Assembly (NCBI GenBank): GCA_036149055.1
Contig: JAYZQJ010000007.1
Coordinates: forward strand, 75,485 to 139,484
Origin: Myxococcota bacterium
Lineage (GTDB): Bacteria; Myxococcota_A; Polyangia; Polyangiales; Sandaracinaceae
Reading direction: 5' to 3'
Length of the DNA stretch: 64,000 nucleotides
The position numbers and the translations under genes were made by a program. Of this stretch, positions 9,110-18,543 are shown in pieces (within the stretch, counting starts at the first letter, position 1; each line of letters opens with the position of its first letter). Under the pieces are notes generated by a model. The model did not search any database, was not told the DNA's origin, and saw only the letters and a program-made list of their open reading frames with translations.

Positions 9110-10572
9110 TCGCGCTCGGCGCGGCGTGCCTGACGCTCGCCTGCGAGGCGGACGTGGGCGCCACGCGCGCCGCCCAGCGCCCGGACACGCCGGACACCAC
9201 CGATCTCCCGCCGGTGTTCGGCGACGCCGACGTGGTCGAGACCCACGACTCGGTGGGGGGGCGCTTCCGCGTCCACTTCACACGCGCCGGACAGCACGCC
9301 GTGCCCCTGGACGACGACGACATGGACGGAACCCCCGACTACGTGCAGGAGGTCGGCGAGGAGTACGAGCGGGTGCTCGCGTTCTTCACCGACGAGCTCG
9401 GCTTCGCCGCCCCGCTCTCCGACGCGGACGTGCCCGACAACGGCGGCGACGATCGCTTCGACGTCTACCTGCTCGACTTCCCGCCCGGCGCCGACGGCTC
9501 GTTCCGGCGCGACGAGTGCACGCTCGCGCCGACGCGCTGCCCCGGCCACATGCTGCAGGAGAACGACTTCGCCGGCCGGGGCTATCCCTCGCGCTCGGTC
9601 GCGACCCGCATCCTCGCCAGCCACGAGCTCTTCCACGCCGTACAAGCCGGCTACGAGGCCGAGCCCGGCGTCGTGGTCGGGGAGGGCACCGCGGTGTGGG
9701 CGTCCGAGGCCTACGACCCGAGCCTCGACGACTTCGAGAGCTTCGTCGGCGGGTACCTCTCTCGGCCCGAGCGATCGCTCGGCCAGGAGCCCACCGGGCC
9801 GGTCGACCCGTTCTCCTATGGCGCCGGCCTCTTCTTTCGCTTCCTCGAGGAGCGTCACGACCGCGGGGTGATCCGCGAGCTGTGGGAGACGCCCGCGCCT
9901 GGTGGCGCGATCGACTGGCTCGCGGCGCTCGACGCCGTCCTCGCGACCCGCGGGAGCAGCTTCCCGGAGGCCTTCGCCGAGCTCGCCCGGTGGAACCTCT
10001 ACACCGCGCGCCGCGCCGACGCGGAGCTGGCCTGGGCCGAAGGGGCCGCCTACCCGCCGGTCACCGAGCGCGCGGTCGAGCTCCCCTACGCCGACGACCT
10101 GGTGCGCGTGTTCCCCGCCTCGGTCCGCTACTACGCGGCGCCCACCGGCGGCCGGGGTGAGGTCGAGGTGGCGTCGACCGCGGCCGATCCGGCGGACCTC
10201 GCGGACGTGCGGCTGCTGCTGGCGTTCGAGGAGGACGGCCGCATCACCCACACCCGGGAGACCGCCGAGGCCCGGCTGAGCGCGCCCGCGCAGACCGCCA
10301 CGACCGTGCACGTCGCGCTCGTCGGCACCGCGACCTCGGGCGGCAGCCGGCGCGTCGGGCTCTGCGTCGGCTCTCCGGCCGAGGTCTCGGCGTGCCTGGG
10401 CGAAGGGACCGAGGCGGACGGCGGGCCGACCCCGGTCGACGCCGGCGCCCCCGACGCAGGGCTCGCCCCTCCCACTTCCGGCGGCTGCGCGGTGGGCACG
10501 CCGCGCGCCCTGCCCGCGGGGTGGGCGCTCCTCGCGGCCCTCGGGCTCCTCGCGCGCAGGAGGCGGCGGTGA
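9091..10572 (+). CDS. HExxH zinc metalloprotease (MXAN_6640-like) with lipobox and MYXO-CTERM tail
   Basis: SHELFHAVQ plus downstream EGTA; LTLAC; C-terminal GGCAVG...WALLAALGLLARRRRR. Confidence 0.8.
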   Translation: MGLHRLIALGAACLTLACEADVGATRAAQRPDTPDTTDLPPVFGDADVVETHDSVGGRFRVHFTRAGQHAVPLDDDDMDGTPDYVQEVGEEYERVLAFFTDELGFAAPLSDADVPDNGGDDRFDVYLLDFPPGADGSFRRDECTLAPTRCPGHMLQENDFAGRGYPSRSVATRILASHELFHAVQAGYEAEPGVVVGEGTAVWASEAYDPSLDDFESFVGGYLSRPERSLGQEPTGPVDPFSYGAGLFFRFLEERHDRGVIRELWETPAPGGAIDWLAALDAVLATRGSSFPEAFAELARWNLYTARRADAELAWAEGAAYPPVTERAVELPYADDLVRVFPASVRYYAAPTGGRGEVEVASTAADPADLADVRLLLAFEEDGRITHTRETAEARLSAPAQTATTVHVALVGTATSGGSRRVGLCVGSPAEVSACLGEGTEADGGPTPVDAGAPDAGLAPPTSGGCAVGTPRALPAGWALLAALGLLARRRRR

Positions 10573-12608
10573 AGCGCGCGCTCGTCGCGGTCCTGTTCAT
10601 CGGGCTGGGCTCCACGCCCGCCGCGGCACAGGAGCGCGAAGCCGATGACGTCGTGCTGAGCGACGAGGACGTGCTGAGCGACGAGGACGTGCTGAGCGAC
10701 GGGGACGTGCTCGAGCCGGCGCAGACCGAGGACGGCGACGAGCGCGATCTCTTCGACGAGGACGAGCTCACCGTGCCCGAGGTGGTCGTCACCGGCTCGC
10801 GCATCGAGGAGCCGGCCGGGCAGGCGGCGGTGGCGACCGAGGTGATCCGCCGCGAGGAGATCGAGCAGATGGGCGCGCGGGACGCCGCCGAGGTGCTCGA
10901 GGAGCGCGCGGGCCTGCAGCTCCAGCGCTCCTTCCGCGGCACCGAGCTGTGGCTGCGCGGCATGGACCCGGCCTACACGCTCGTGCTCGTGGACGGGGAC
11001 CGGGTGCCCGGTCGGATCGGCGGCGCCGTCGACCTGTCCCGCTACGGCGTCGAGAACATCGAGCGCATCGAGATCGTGCGCGGCCCGAGCTCGGCGCTCT
11101 ACGGCTCCGACGCGATCGGCGGCGTCGTCAACCTGATCACCCGCGACTCGGACCGCGACTTCGAGGCGGACGCGCTCGCGTCGTACGGCCTCAACAACGT
11201 CATCGACGCCACCGCGCGGGTCGCGGGCCGGCCCGAGGAGCACCTCCGGCTCCGGCTCGCGGGCGGGCTCCACTACGCCGACGCCTTCCGTCGCGGCGAC
11301 GACGAGGCGACGACCGGCAGCTCCCGCCTCCAGTGGTCGCTCGGCGGTCGCGTCGACTGGCGGCCCGACGCCCGCCACCGCTTCCGGGTCAACGTCGACT
11401 ACCTCCAGCTCCAGATGCAGGGCGTGGACGAGGGCGCGGGCGGCGCGCTCTTCGACCGCACCCAGCTCCAGGAGCAGGCCCGGGTCTCGGGCGAGCACGT
11501 GCTGCGCGGCGCCGACGGCCTGACGCTGCTCACGCGCTTCACCTACAACCAGTTCCGCGAGCAGTACCTCAACGACCAGCGCGGCAGCAGCCAGCTCGAC
11601 GACTACGAGGACAACCGCGAGCACATGGGCCAGGTGACGACGCTCGTGCGCTTCAACCTCGAGGGGCTCGGCACGCACTCCGTCACCGTCGGGTTCGAGG
11701 AGCTCTTCCAGTCCCTCGACTCGGATCGGCTGACGACCTTCGCCCGCCGCGCGCGCTTCGCCGCGCTCGCTCAGGACGAGTGGATCCCCTGGGAGGACGG
11801 CGACGCCTCCCTGACCATCGTCCCCGGGCTGCGCTACGACGTCGACTCGCAGTTCGGCGATCAGCTCTCGCCCAAGCTCTCGGTCCGCTTCGACCCGGTC
11901 TCGCAGCTCGTCCTGCGCGCCACCTACGGCCGCGGCTTCCGCGCCCCGTCGTTCCAGCAGCTCCTCCTGCGCTTCGAGAACCCGACCGTCGGCTACATCG
12001 TCGCCGGCAACCCGAGCCTCGGCGCGGAGACCTCGCACGGCGTCGACGCCGGCTTCGAGTGGCGACCGATCGACGAGCTCTCGCTCTCGGCGAGCTTCTT
12101 CCGCAACGACATCGAGGGGCTCATCGCCACCGTCACCGTCGACGACCCGACCGCGACCGGCACCCTCTTCAGCTACGCCAACGTCTCGAGCGCGTGGACC
12201 ATGGGCGTCGAGTCGACCGCGACCTTGCGGGTGGACGACGTGCTCGGCGTCATCGCGGGCTACACCCTCACCGAGACCTGGGACGGCCAGAACGAGCGGC
12301 ACCTCGAGGGGCGCGCCCGTCACCGCATCACCGCCGCCGCGCGGGTGGCCTACGAGCCCTGGGAGATCAGCTTCGTCGCGCGCGGCGCGCTCATGGTCGA
12401 CCGCGTCTACTACGTGGACGTCGACGACGACGGGATCGAGGAGGCGCTGTACCCCGATCCGATCGCGCAGGTCGACCTGCGCCTCTCGAAGACGTTCACG
12501 CGCCACCTCGAGCTCTTCGTCGGCATCGACAACCTGCTCGACGCCGGAGACGCCTACAGCGTGCTTCGGCCCTTCACCGTCTACGGCGGCGCACGCGGCC
12601 GCTACTGA
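10569..12608 (+). CDS. TonB-dependent outer-membrane receptor, 679 aa
   Basis: GTG overlaps upstream TGA; EVVVTGSR; plug motif IERIEIVRGPSSALYGSDAIGGVVNLIT; GFRAPS, GNPSL, GIDNLLD; terminal aromatic residue. Confidence 0.92.
   Translation: MKRALVAVLFIGLGSTPAAAQEREADDVVLSDEDVLSDEDVLSDGDVLEPAQTEDGDERDLFDEDELTVPEVVVTGSRIEEPAGQAAVATEVIRREEIEQMGARDAAEVLEERAGLQLQRSFRGTELWLRGMDPAYTLVLVDGDRVPGRIGGAVDLSRYGVENIERIEIVRGPSSALYGSDAIGGVVNLITRDSDRDFEADALASYGLNNVIDATARVAGRPEEHLRLRLAGGLHYADAFRRGDDEATTGSSRLQWSLGGRVDWRPDARHRFRVNVDYLQLQMQGVDEGAGGALFDRTQLQEQARVSGEHVLRGADGLTLLTRFTYNQFREQYLNDQRGSSQLDDYEDNREHMGQVTTLVRFNLEGLGTHSVTVGFEELFQSLDSDRLTTFARRARFAALAQDEWIPWEDGDASLTIVPGLRYDVDSQFGDQLSPKLSVRFDPVSQLVLRATYGRGFRAPSFQQLLLRFENPTVGYIVAGNPSLGAETSHGVDAGFEWRPIDELSLSASFFRNDIEGLIATVTVDDPTATGTLFSYANVSSAWTMGVESTATLRVDDVLGVIAGYTLTETWDGQNERHLEGRARHRITAAARVAYEPWEISFVARGALMVDRVYYVDVDDDGIEEALYPDPIAQVDLRLSKTFTRHLELFVGIDNLLDAGDAYSVLRPFTVYGGARGRY
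10653..10712 (+). repeat. 18-bp tandem repeat (3 copies plus a partial) encoding VLSDED in the TBDR N-terminal extension
   Basis: GTGCTGAGCGACGAGGAC x2, then GTGCTGAGCGACGGGGAC, then GTGCTC. Confidence 0.9.
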
Positions 12609-12616
12609 GGTACGAG

Positions 12617-14251
12617 ATGACACGATACGTGACGTGGTTCATGGCGCTCACCCTGCTGGGATGCGCGCCCACCCTCACCCCGGACGGCGACGACGCCGGG
12701 GTGATCGACTCCGGCCCGTGGACCGGCGGGGACATCCCGCCGTCGAGCGGCAGCTTCACCCACTCCGTCGCGGACGGCGTCGTGACCACGGTGGTGGACG
12801 CGACGAGCGCCACGGACTGGCAGCACCTCGACATGGACAGCGGCCACTCGGTCGAGCCGAGCGAGGGCTGGGAGCTGGCCTTCTCGCGTTTCCGCGTGCG
12901 CATCAACGGCGGGACCACCGGGAGCGGGGGGGTGCAGGTCGCGGCGCTCGACGGCGTCGCCTGGGACGACGTGACCCGGGCGCCCGAGGAGGGCTGGACC
13001 GTCCCCGGGCCCGACGGTGAGGTCGACGACGACACCGAGCCCGACAACGTGTTCAACGACGGCGAGCGCGACTGGTACGACTACGACGTCGAGACGCACA
13101 CGCTGACCCCCCGTGACGTGACCTACGTCGTGGCCTCGACCGAGGGGGCCTTCTTCAAGCTGCGCTTCGAGGCCTACTACGACGACGCGGGCTCACCCGC
13201 GGTGGTGCGCTTCCGCTGGGCCCCGGTCGCGGCGCCCGCCTCGATGCTGCCCGACGCGGGCACGGGCGGCCCGGTCGACGGCGGCGTCGCTCCCGACTCC
13301 GGCACCGAGCCGCTGCCCGACCACGCCATCACGGTGAACGCCGGCGACGGCGCGGCGTGGGTCTACGTCAGCGCGACCGAGGGCGTCGTCACGCCCGCCG
13401 ACCCCGAGAACGACCCGAGCTGGGACATCGCGTTGCGTCGCACCGAGGTCCGCACCAACTCCGGCACCAGCGGGGTCGGCCTGGCCGGCGCCCGGATCGA
13501 CGGCTCGGGCCTCGCGTTCGACGCGCTGACGGACGCCTCGACGTTCGGCTTCGTGGTGGACGAGGTGGTCGACACCGGCCGGCCCGGCACCGAGCCGACC
13601 AGCCTCAGCCCCGTGCTCACCGACTGGTACGACTACGATCCGGCCACCCACAGCGTGGCGCCGAGCGACCTCACCTTCGTCGTGCGCACCGGGGTCGGCG
13701 GCTACGCGAAGCTCCGCATCTGGGGCTGGGACGACGGCACGTACCAGCTCTCGCTCGTGCCGATCGAGCGGCGTGTCGAGCGCCTGGAGCTCGACGTCGA
13801 CGCGACGAGCAGCGACGCGTGGACCTACCTGAGCCTGCGCGACGGCGCGCTCGTGACGGTGATGGACCCGAGCGCCGAGACGCACTGGGACCTCGGGATC
13901 TCGCGCACCCGGTTCCGCACCAACTCCGGCACGAGCGGCGGAGGCATGGGCGCCGCGGTGGAGACCCCCGTCGACACGATCGCCGCGCTCGGCGACGCGC
14001 CGACCGAGGGCTGGACCCCCGACGAGACCATCACGCCGGCCCGCCCCGGCGCCGAGCCCTACAGCGCCAACCCGGTGCTCGAGGGCTGGTACGACTACGA
14101 CCCGGCGACCCACGTCGTGTCGCCCCGCCCGGTGGTCTACGCCGTGCGCACCGCGGACGGACACGTCGGCGCCCTGCGCATCCTCAGCTACGCGAGCGGC
14201 ACCTACCGCGTCGCGATCGCCTTCGCTGGACCCGGACGTACTTCCTTCTGA
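12617..14251 (+). CDS. lipoprotein with three tandem HmuY-like domains, 544 aa
   Basis: ATG 12617, lipobox LLGC; three repeats of W(D/E)(L/I)xxxRxxxRxN(G/S)G and WYDYDxxTH. Confidence 0.8.
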   Translation: MTRYVTWFMALTLLGCAPTLTPDGDDAGVIDSGPWTGGDIPPSSGSFTHSVADGVVTTVVDATSATDWQHLDMDSGHSVEPSEGWELAFSRFRVRINGGTTGSGGVQVAALDGVAWDDVTRAPEEGWTVPGPDGEVDDDTEPDNVFNDGERDWYDYDVETHTLTPRDVTYVVASTEGAFFKLRFEAYYDDAGSPAVVRFRWAPVAAPASMLPDAGTGGPVDGGVAPDSGTEPLPDHAITVNAGDGAAWVYVSATEGVVTPADPENDPSWDIALRRTEVRTNSGTSGVGLAGARIDGSGLAFDALTDASTFGFVVDEVVDTGRPGTEPTSLSPVLTDWYDYDPATHSVAPSDLTFVVRTGVGGYAKLRIWGWDDGTYQLSLVPIERRVERLELDVDATSSDAWTYLSLRDGALVTVMDPSAETHWDLGISRTRFRTNSGTSGGGMGAAVETPVDTIAALGDAPTEGWTPDETITPARPGAEPYSANPVLEGWYDYDPATHVVSPRPVVYAVRTADGHVGALRILSYASGTYRVAIAFAGPGRTSF

Positions 14252-14264
14252 AAGGGACAGGATC

Positions 14265-16256
14265 ATGCGCGCTCGAATTCTCATCGCACTCCTCCTGACC
14301 GCCTGCGGGAGCGCCTCGGCGCCGCCCGTCCAGTCCGCCGACGACTCGGCGGGCGTGAGCGAGGCGCCCCCGGCGCCGCCCGGCGACGACGGCGTCGACG
14401 TCGAGGCGGGGCTCTTGCCGCCGATGCCGGTGGCCGTGACCAGCTTCGGGGCGGCCGTCTCCGGCGACCACCTCTACGTGCTCGGCGGCCACCACGGCAC
14501 GCCTCACCAGTACTCGCGGGAGGGGCAGTCGCGCTCGCTGTGGCGCGTCCCGCTCGTCGGCGGCGAGTGGGAGCAGGCCGGGCACATCGAGCACGGCCTC
14601 CAGGGCCTCGCGCTCGTCGCCCACGACGGAGTGGTCTGCCGCTTCGGCGGCAACCGCATCCTCAACCCCGCGGGCGAGCCGGCGAACATGCGCTCGGTGG
14701 ACGACGCCGCCTGCTTCTCGCCGGCGACGAACGAGTGGACGGCGCTGCCGGAGCTGCCCGCGGGCCGCTCGTCGCACGAGGCGGCGGTGATCGGAGAGGT
14801 CGCCTACGTCGCGGGCGGATGGCAGCTCGACGACGGCGGTCCGACCGACGCGACCTGGGCCGAGGACGTGCTCGCCCTCGACCTGCACGGAGGAGATCGG
14901 GAGTGGCGCCGCATCGAGGCCCCCTTCCGGCGCCGCGCCGTGGGCGTGGCCAGCGCCGCCGGCAAGCTCGTCGTGCTCGGCGGCCTGACCCCGGAGCGCG
15001 AGGTCTCGCGTCAGGTGGACGTGCTCGACCCGGCCACCGGCGAGTGGAGCCGCGGTCCCGACTTCCCGAGCGACGCGTTCGGCGCCGCGGCGGTCGGCGT
15101 GGGCGACCGCGTCTACGCCTCGGCGCGCGACGGCGTCGTCTACGCCTGGCAGGTGGGCAGCGAGGCGTGGGCCCCGGCCGCGTCGCTCGCGTTCCCGCGC
15201 TTCTTCCACCAGCTCCGGCCCGCGGCCGACGGGGAGCTGATCGCGGTCGGCGGCATCAGCGGCATGCACACCGCGGGGCGGACCCGGCACGTGGAGCGCG
15301 TCGCCCTCGACGCCACCGCGCCGCAGCTCCTCACCTGGACCGCGAACTACCCGGGCGCGGCGAAGAACCGGCAGGCGGCGTTCGTGAACGACGACTACCT
15401 CTACCTCTTCGGCGGCAACAACAGCCTCGGCCAGCACGACTTCGAGCCGGAGAACTTCGTCTCGGACGGCTGGCGGCTGCACCTCCCGTCGATGACCTGG
15501 GAGTCGATCGCCCCCTACCCCGCGAACCGCCAGACCATGCAGACCGTCACCCTCGGCGGCCAGGGCGTCGCGGTCGGCGGCTTCGGCCACGACGGCGAGG
15601 CGGCGGTGACCCATCCGCAGGCGTTCGCCTTCGACTTCGCGTCCGGCCAGTGGTCCGAGCGCGGGGGCCTGCCCCGGGGGCGCACCCAGTTCGGGCTCGT
15701 GAGCCACGGCGAGCGCCTCTGGATCTTCGGAGGCCTCAACTACGATCCGTCGCGAGAGGGTCAGGCGGCCTTCGATCACGTGACCGGCTCGCTGGCCACG
15801 CCCGAGGGCGAGCCCGGTGGCGCCTTCGCGGACGCCTCGGTCGAGCTCCCCGGCCCCCGCCGCGCGTTCGCGGGCGCCGCGCTCGAGGGCCGCTACTACA
15901 TCGTCGGCGGCATGCAGGAGGGCTTCCAGCTCGTCGACGACTGCCTCGTCCACGACTTCGACTCGGGCGACTTCGCGCCGATCGCCTGCCCGCGCCGCAC
16001 GCGGCTGAGCGGCCACCTCATCCCCCTCGAGGGCAAGCTCTACCTGCTCGGCGGCTCGTACCGCGGCGACGACAGCATGGAGACCGATCGCTCGGTCGAG
16101 GTCTACGACCCGGCCACGAACACGTGGGAGGTCCTGGTGGAGGAGCTCCCCTTCGACACCCGGCACATGCACGCGCTCGCCTACCGCGATCGCATCCTGA
16201 TGTTCAGCACCCACACCGAGGACCCGAGGGCCCGGGTCGCGCTCCTGGCGCCCTGA
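14265..16256 (+). CDS. Kelch-repeat lipoprotein (probably two beta-propellers)
   Basis: Lipobox LTAC; many GG-containing repeats (LYVLGG, AYVAGG, LYLFGG, LWIFGG, YYIVGG, LYLLGG...YDPATNTW). Confidence 0.85.
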   Translation: MRARILIALLLTACGSASAPPVQSADDSAGVSEAPPAPPGDDGVDVEAGLLPPMPVAVTSFGAAVSGDHLYVLGGHHGTPHQYSREGQSRSLWRVPLVGGEWEQAGHIEHGLQGLALVAHDGVVCRFGGNRILNPAGEPANMRSVDDAACFSPATNEWTALPELPAGRSSHEAAVIGEVAYVAGGWQLDDGGPTDATWAEDVLALDLHGGDREWRRIEAPFRRRAVGVASAAGKLVVLGGLTPEREVSRQVDVLDPATGEWSRGPDFPSDAFGAAAVGVGDRVYASARDGVVYAWQVGSEAWAPAASLAFPRFFHQLRPAADGELIAVGGISGMHTAGRTRHVERVALDATAPQLLTWTANYPGAAKNRQAAFVNDDYLYLFGGNNSLGQHDFEPENFVSDGWRLHLPSMTWESIAPYPANRQTMQTVTLGGQGVAVGGFGHDGEAAVTHPQAFAFDFASGQWSERGGLPRGRTQFGLVSHGERLWIFGGLNYDPSREGQAAFDHVTGSLATPEGEPGGAFADASVELPGPRRAFAGAALEGRYYIVGGMQEGFQLVDDCLVHDFDSGDFAPIACPRRTRLSGHLIPLEGKLYLLGGSYRGDDSMETDRSVEVYDPATNTWEVLVEELPFDTRHMHALAYRDRILMFSTHTEDPRARVALLAP

Positions 16257-16264
16257 GCGTCAGC

Positions 16265-17701
16265 TCACCAAGGGACCGGGCGGTAGTCCTTCAGGAAGAG
16301 CCCGTAGGGGTGCTCCCCGGTGAGGAAGCCCTCGAAGATCGGGTCGACGATCCGGGCCGCGCCGTCGACGATGTCGAGCGGGGGGTGGAAGCCGTGCACC
16401 TCGGTCTTCCTCGTCGCGATCGCGGCCGGGTCCTCGTCGGTCACCCACCCGGTGTCCACGCTGTTCATGTGGATGCCGTCGGCGAGGTAATCGGAGGCGG
16501 AGGTGCGCGTCATCATGTTGAGCGCGGCCTTCGCCATGTTCGTGTGAGGGTGCCGGTCGGTCTTGAAGCGGCGGTAGAACTGCCCCTCCATCGCGCTGAC
16601 GTTGACGATGTGCTTGTCGCGCCCGGGCGTGCGTCGCATCAGGTCGCGCAGCCGCGCGTTGATCACGTAGGGCGCCACCGCGTTGACGAGCTGCACCTCG
16701 AGGAGCTCCACCGTCGGAACCTCGTCGAGCGCGAGCCGCCAGGAGTTGCGTCCGCGGAGATCGACCTGCTGCCCGTCCGCGTCGAGCTGGTTCGCGGGGA
16801 AGAGGCGGAGATCGCGGCCGAGGTCTTCGGGCAGCAGCGCGCTCTGGGAGAGCGCCGCCGAGTCCGGGAGATCGGCCTCGGCGCGGACCTCGACGAGCGA
16901 GCGCGCCTCCGGGGGCAGGGCCTTCGCCTCCTCGCCCTGCATCAGGTGGCGATAGAAGCCCGCGGGGCGACGCACCGTCTGGCACGCGTTGTTGAGGATG
17001 AAGTCGAGGCGATCGCGGGTCTCGTTCACGTGCGCGCAGAAGCGCTCCACGCTCGGCGTGTGCCGGAGGTCGAGCCCGTAGACCGCGAGGCGATCGCGCC
17101 AGTCCTCGAAGTCGACCTCGCGCGCGTAGCGAGCGGCGGCGTCGTGCGGGAAGCGCGTGGTCACGATCACCGAGGCGCCGGCCCGGAGCAGCTTGATGGC
17201 CGCCTGGTAGCCGATCTTCACGCGTGAGCCGGTCACGATCGCGACCCGCCCCGAGAGATCGGCCGACCGCGTGCGGCGCTCGTAGTTGAGGTCGCCGCAG
17301 GGGATGCACATCTGGTCGTAGAAGTGGTGGACCTCGCGGAAGGTCCGCTTGCAGATGTAGCACTTCCGGTCTTCGCTCAGCTCCGGCGCGTCGCCCTCGG
17401 GCAGCGGCGGCGGGAGCGCGGGGGGCGTCTCGTAGAGCGCGGCCGTCCGGGCCCGACGGATCCCGGTGCTGCGCAGCACCGCCTCGTCGCGCGCCTTCGC
17501 GGCCAGCTTCTTCTTTCGCCGCCGCGCCTTGGCCGCCGCGCGCAGCTCGGACTTCAGCGGGAGCGTCACCCGCCCGGCCGCCTCGAGCAGCGCCCTCCGC
17601 GCGTCCTCGGGGAGCACGTCGAGCAGCGTGCGATCCTCGGCGATCGCCTCCAGCGTCTCCCGGCACGCCTCGAGCTTCCCGGCGATGTCGTCTCGACTCA
17701 C
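16265..17701 (-). CDS. SDR-family oxidoreductase with N-terminal CxxC...CxxC module, 478 aa
   Basis: TGSRVKIG, NNACQT, NVSAMEG, HTNMAKAALNM, SVDTGW; GTG start overlaps aroE stop. Confidence 0.85.
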   Translation of the reverse strand: MSRDDIAGKLEACRETLEAIAEDRTLLDVLPEDARRALLEAAGRVTLPLKSELRAAAKARRRKKKLAAKARDEAVLRSTGIRRARTAALYETPPALPPPLPEGDAPELSEDRKCYICKRTFREVHHFYDQMCIPCGDLNYERRTRSADLSGRVAIVTGSRVKIGYQAAIKLLRAGASVIVTTRFPHDAAARYAREVDFEDWRDRLAVYGLDLRHTPSVERFCAHVNETRDRLDFILNNACQTVRRPAGFYRHLMQGEEAKALPPEARSLVEVRAEADLPDSAALSQSALLPEDLGRDLRLFPANQLDADGQQVDLRGRNSWRLALDEVPTVELLEVQLVNAVAPYVINARLRDLMRRTPGRDKHIVNVSAMEGQFYRRFKTDRHPHTNMAKAALNMMTRTSASDYLADGIHMNSVDTGWVTDEDPAAIATRKTEVHGFHPPLDIVDGAARIVDPIFEGFLTGEHPYGLFLKDYRPVPW

Positions 17702-18543
17702 GCGGGGGGCATAGCGTCGAGAGCGGCGGCGCGCATGATCTCGACCGGCGCCTCCCGCCCCGTCCACCGCTCCAGCGCGAGCGCCGCCTGCCAGACGAGC
17801 ATGCCGAGGCCGTCGACCGCGCGGAGGCCGAGGCGCCGGGCCCGGGCCAGCGCGGCGGTCTCGAGCGGGGCGTAGACGAGGTCGACGACCACCGCGCCGG
17901 AGCCGAGCGACTCGAGCGGGAGCGCGGCCGCGAAGCCCTCGGGATCGGCGGCGCTCTCCAGGGTCGCGCTGGTGGCCTGCACGAGCAGATCGGCCTCGCC
18001 CTCGAGCGGGCCGTGAGAGAGGCGGGCGCCCGCGAGGGGCTCGAGGTCCGCCACCAGGGCCTCCGCCTGCGCCGGCCGACGCGCGTGCACGCGGATGGAG
18101 GCCGCGCCCGCCTCGGCGAGCCCGGCCACCGCCGCCCGCGCCGCGCCGCCCGCGCCGACCACCCACACCCTCCGCCCGGCGAGCGCGACGCCGGCGTCCT
18201 CCAGGGAGCGCACGAGCCCCGGCGCGTCGGTGTTGGAGCCGACCAGCGCGTCCCCCTCCCGCGCGATCGTGTTCACCGCGCCGATCGCCGCCGCCGCCGG
18301 CTCCACGCGATCGAGGTGCGCCATCACCGCGCGCTTGTGGGGCACGGTGACGTTGGCCCCGAGCGCGCCGAGGGCCCGGAGCCCCTCGACCGCGGCGCCG
18401 AGCGCCTCCGGGCGCACGTCGAACGCGAGGTAGCGCGCGTCGACGCCCAGGGCCGCGAGCGCGGCGGCGTGGATCGCGGGCGAGCGGGAGTGCGCGACCG
18501 GGTGCCCCAGGAGGGCCAGCAGACGGGTGGCCGCGGTGCTCAC
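17698..18543 (-). CDS. aroE: shikimate dehydrogenase
   Basis: GHPVAHSRSP, NVTVPHK, GAVNT, NTD, GAGGAARA, DLVYAP, GLGMLVWQA. Confidence 0.93.
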   Translation of the reverse strand: MSTAATRLLALLGHPVAHSRSPAIHAAALAALGVDARYLAFDVRPEALGAAVEGLRALGALGANVTVPHKRAVMAHLDRVEPAAAAIGAVNTIAREGDALVGSNTDAPGLVRSLEDAGVALAGRRVWVVGAGGAARAAVAGLAEAGAASIRVHARRPAQAEALVADLEPLAGARLSHGPLEGEADLLVQATSATLESAADPEGFAAALPLESLGSGAVVVDLVYAPLETAALARARRLGLRAVDGLGMLVWQAALALERWTGREAPVEIMRAAALDAMPPA

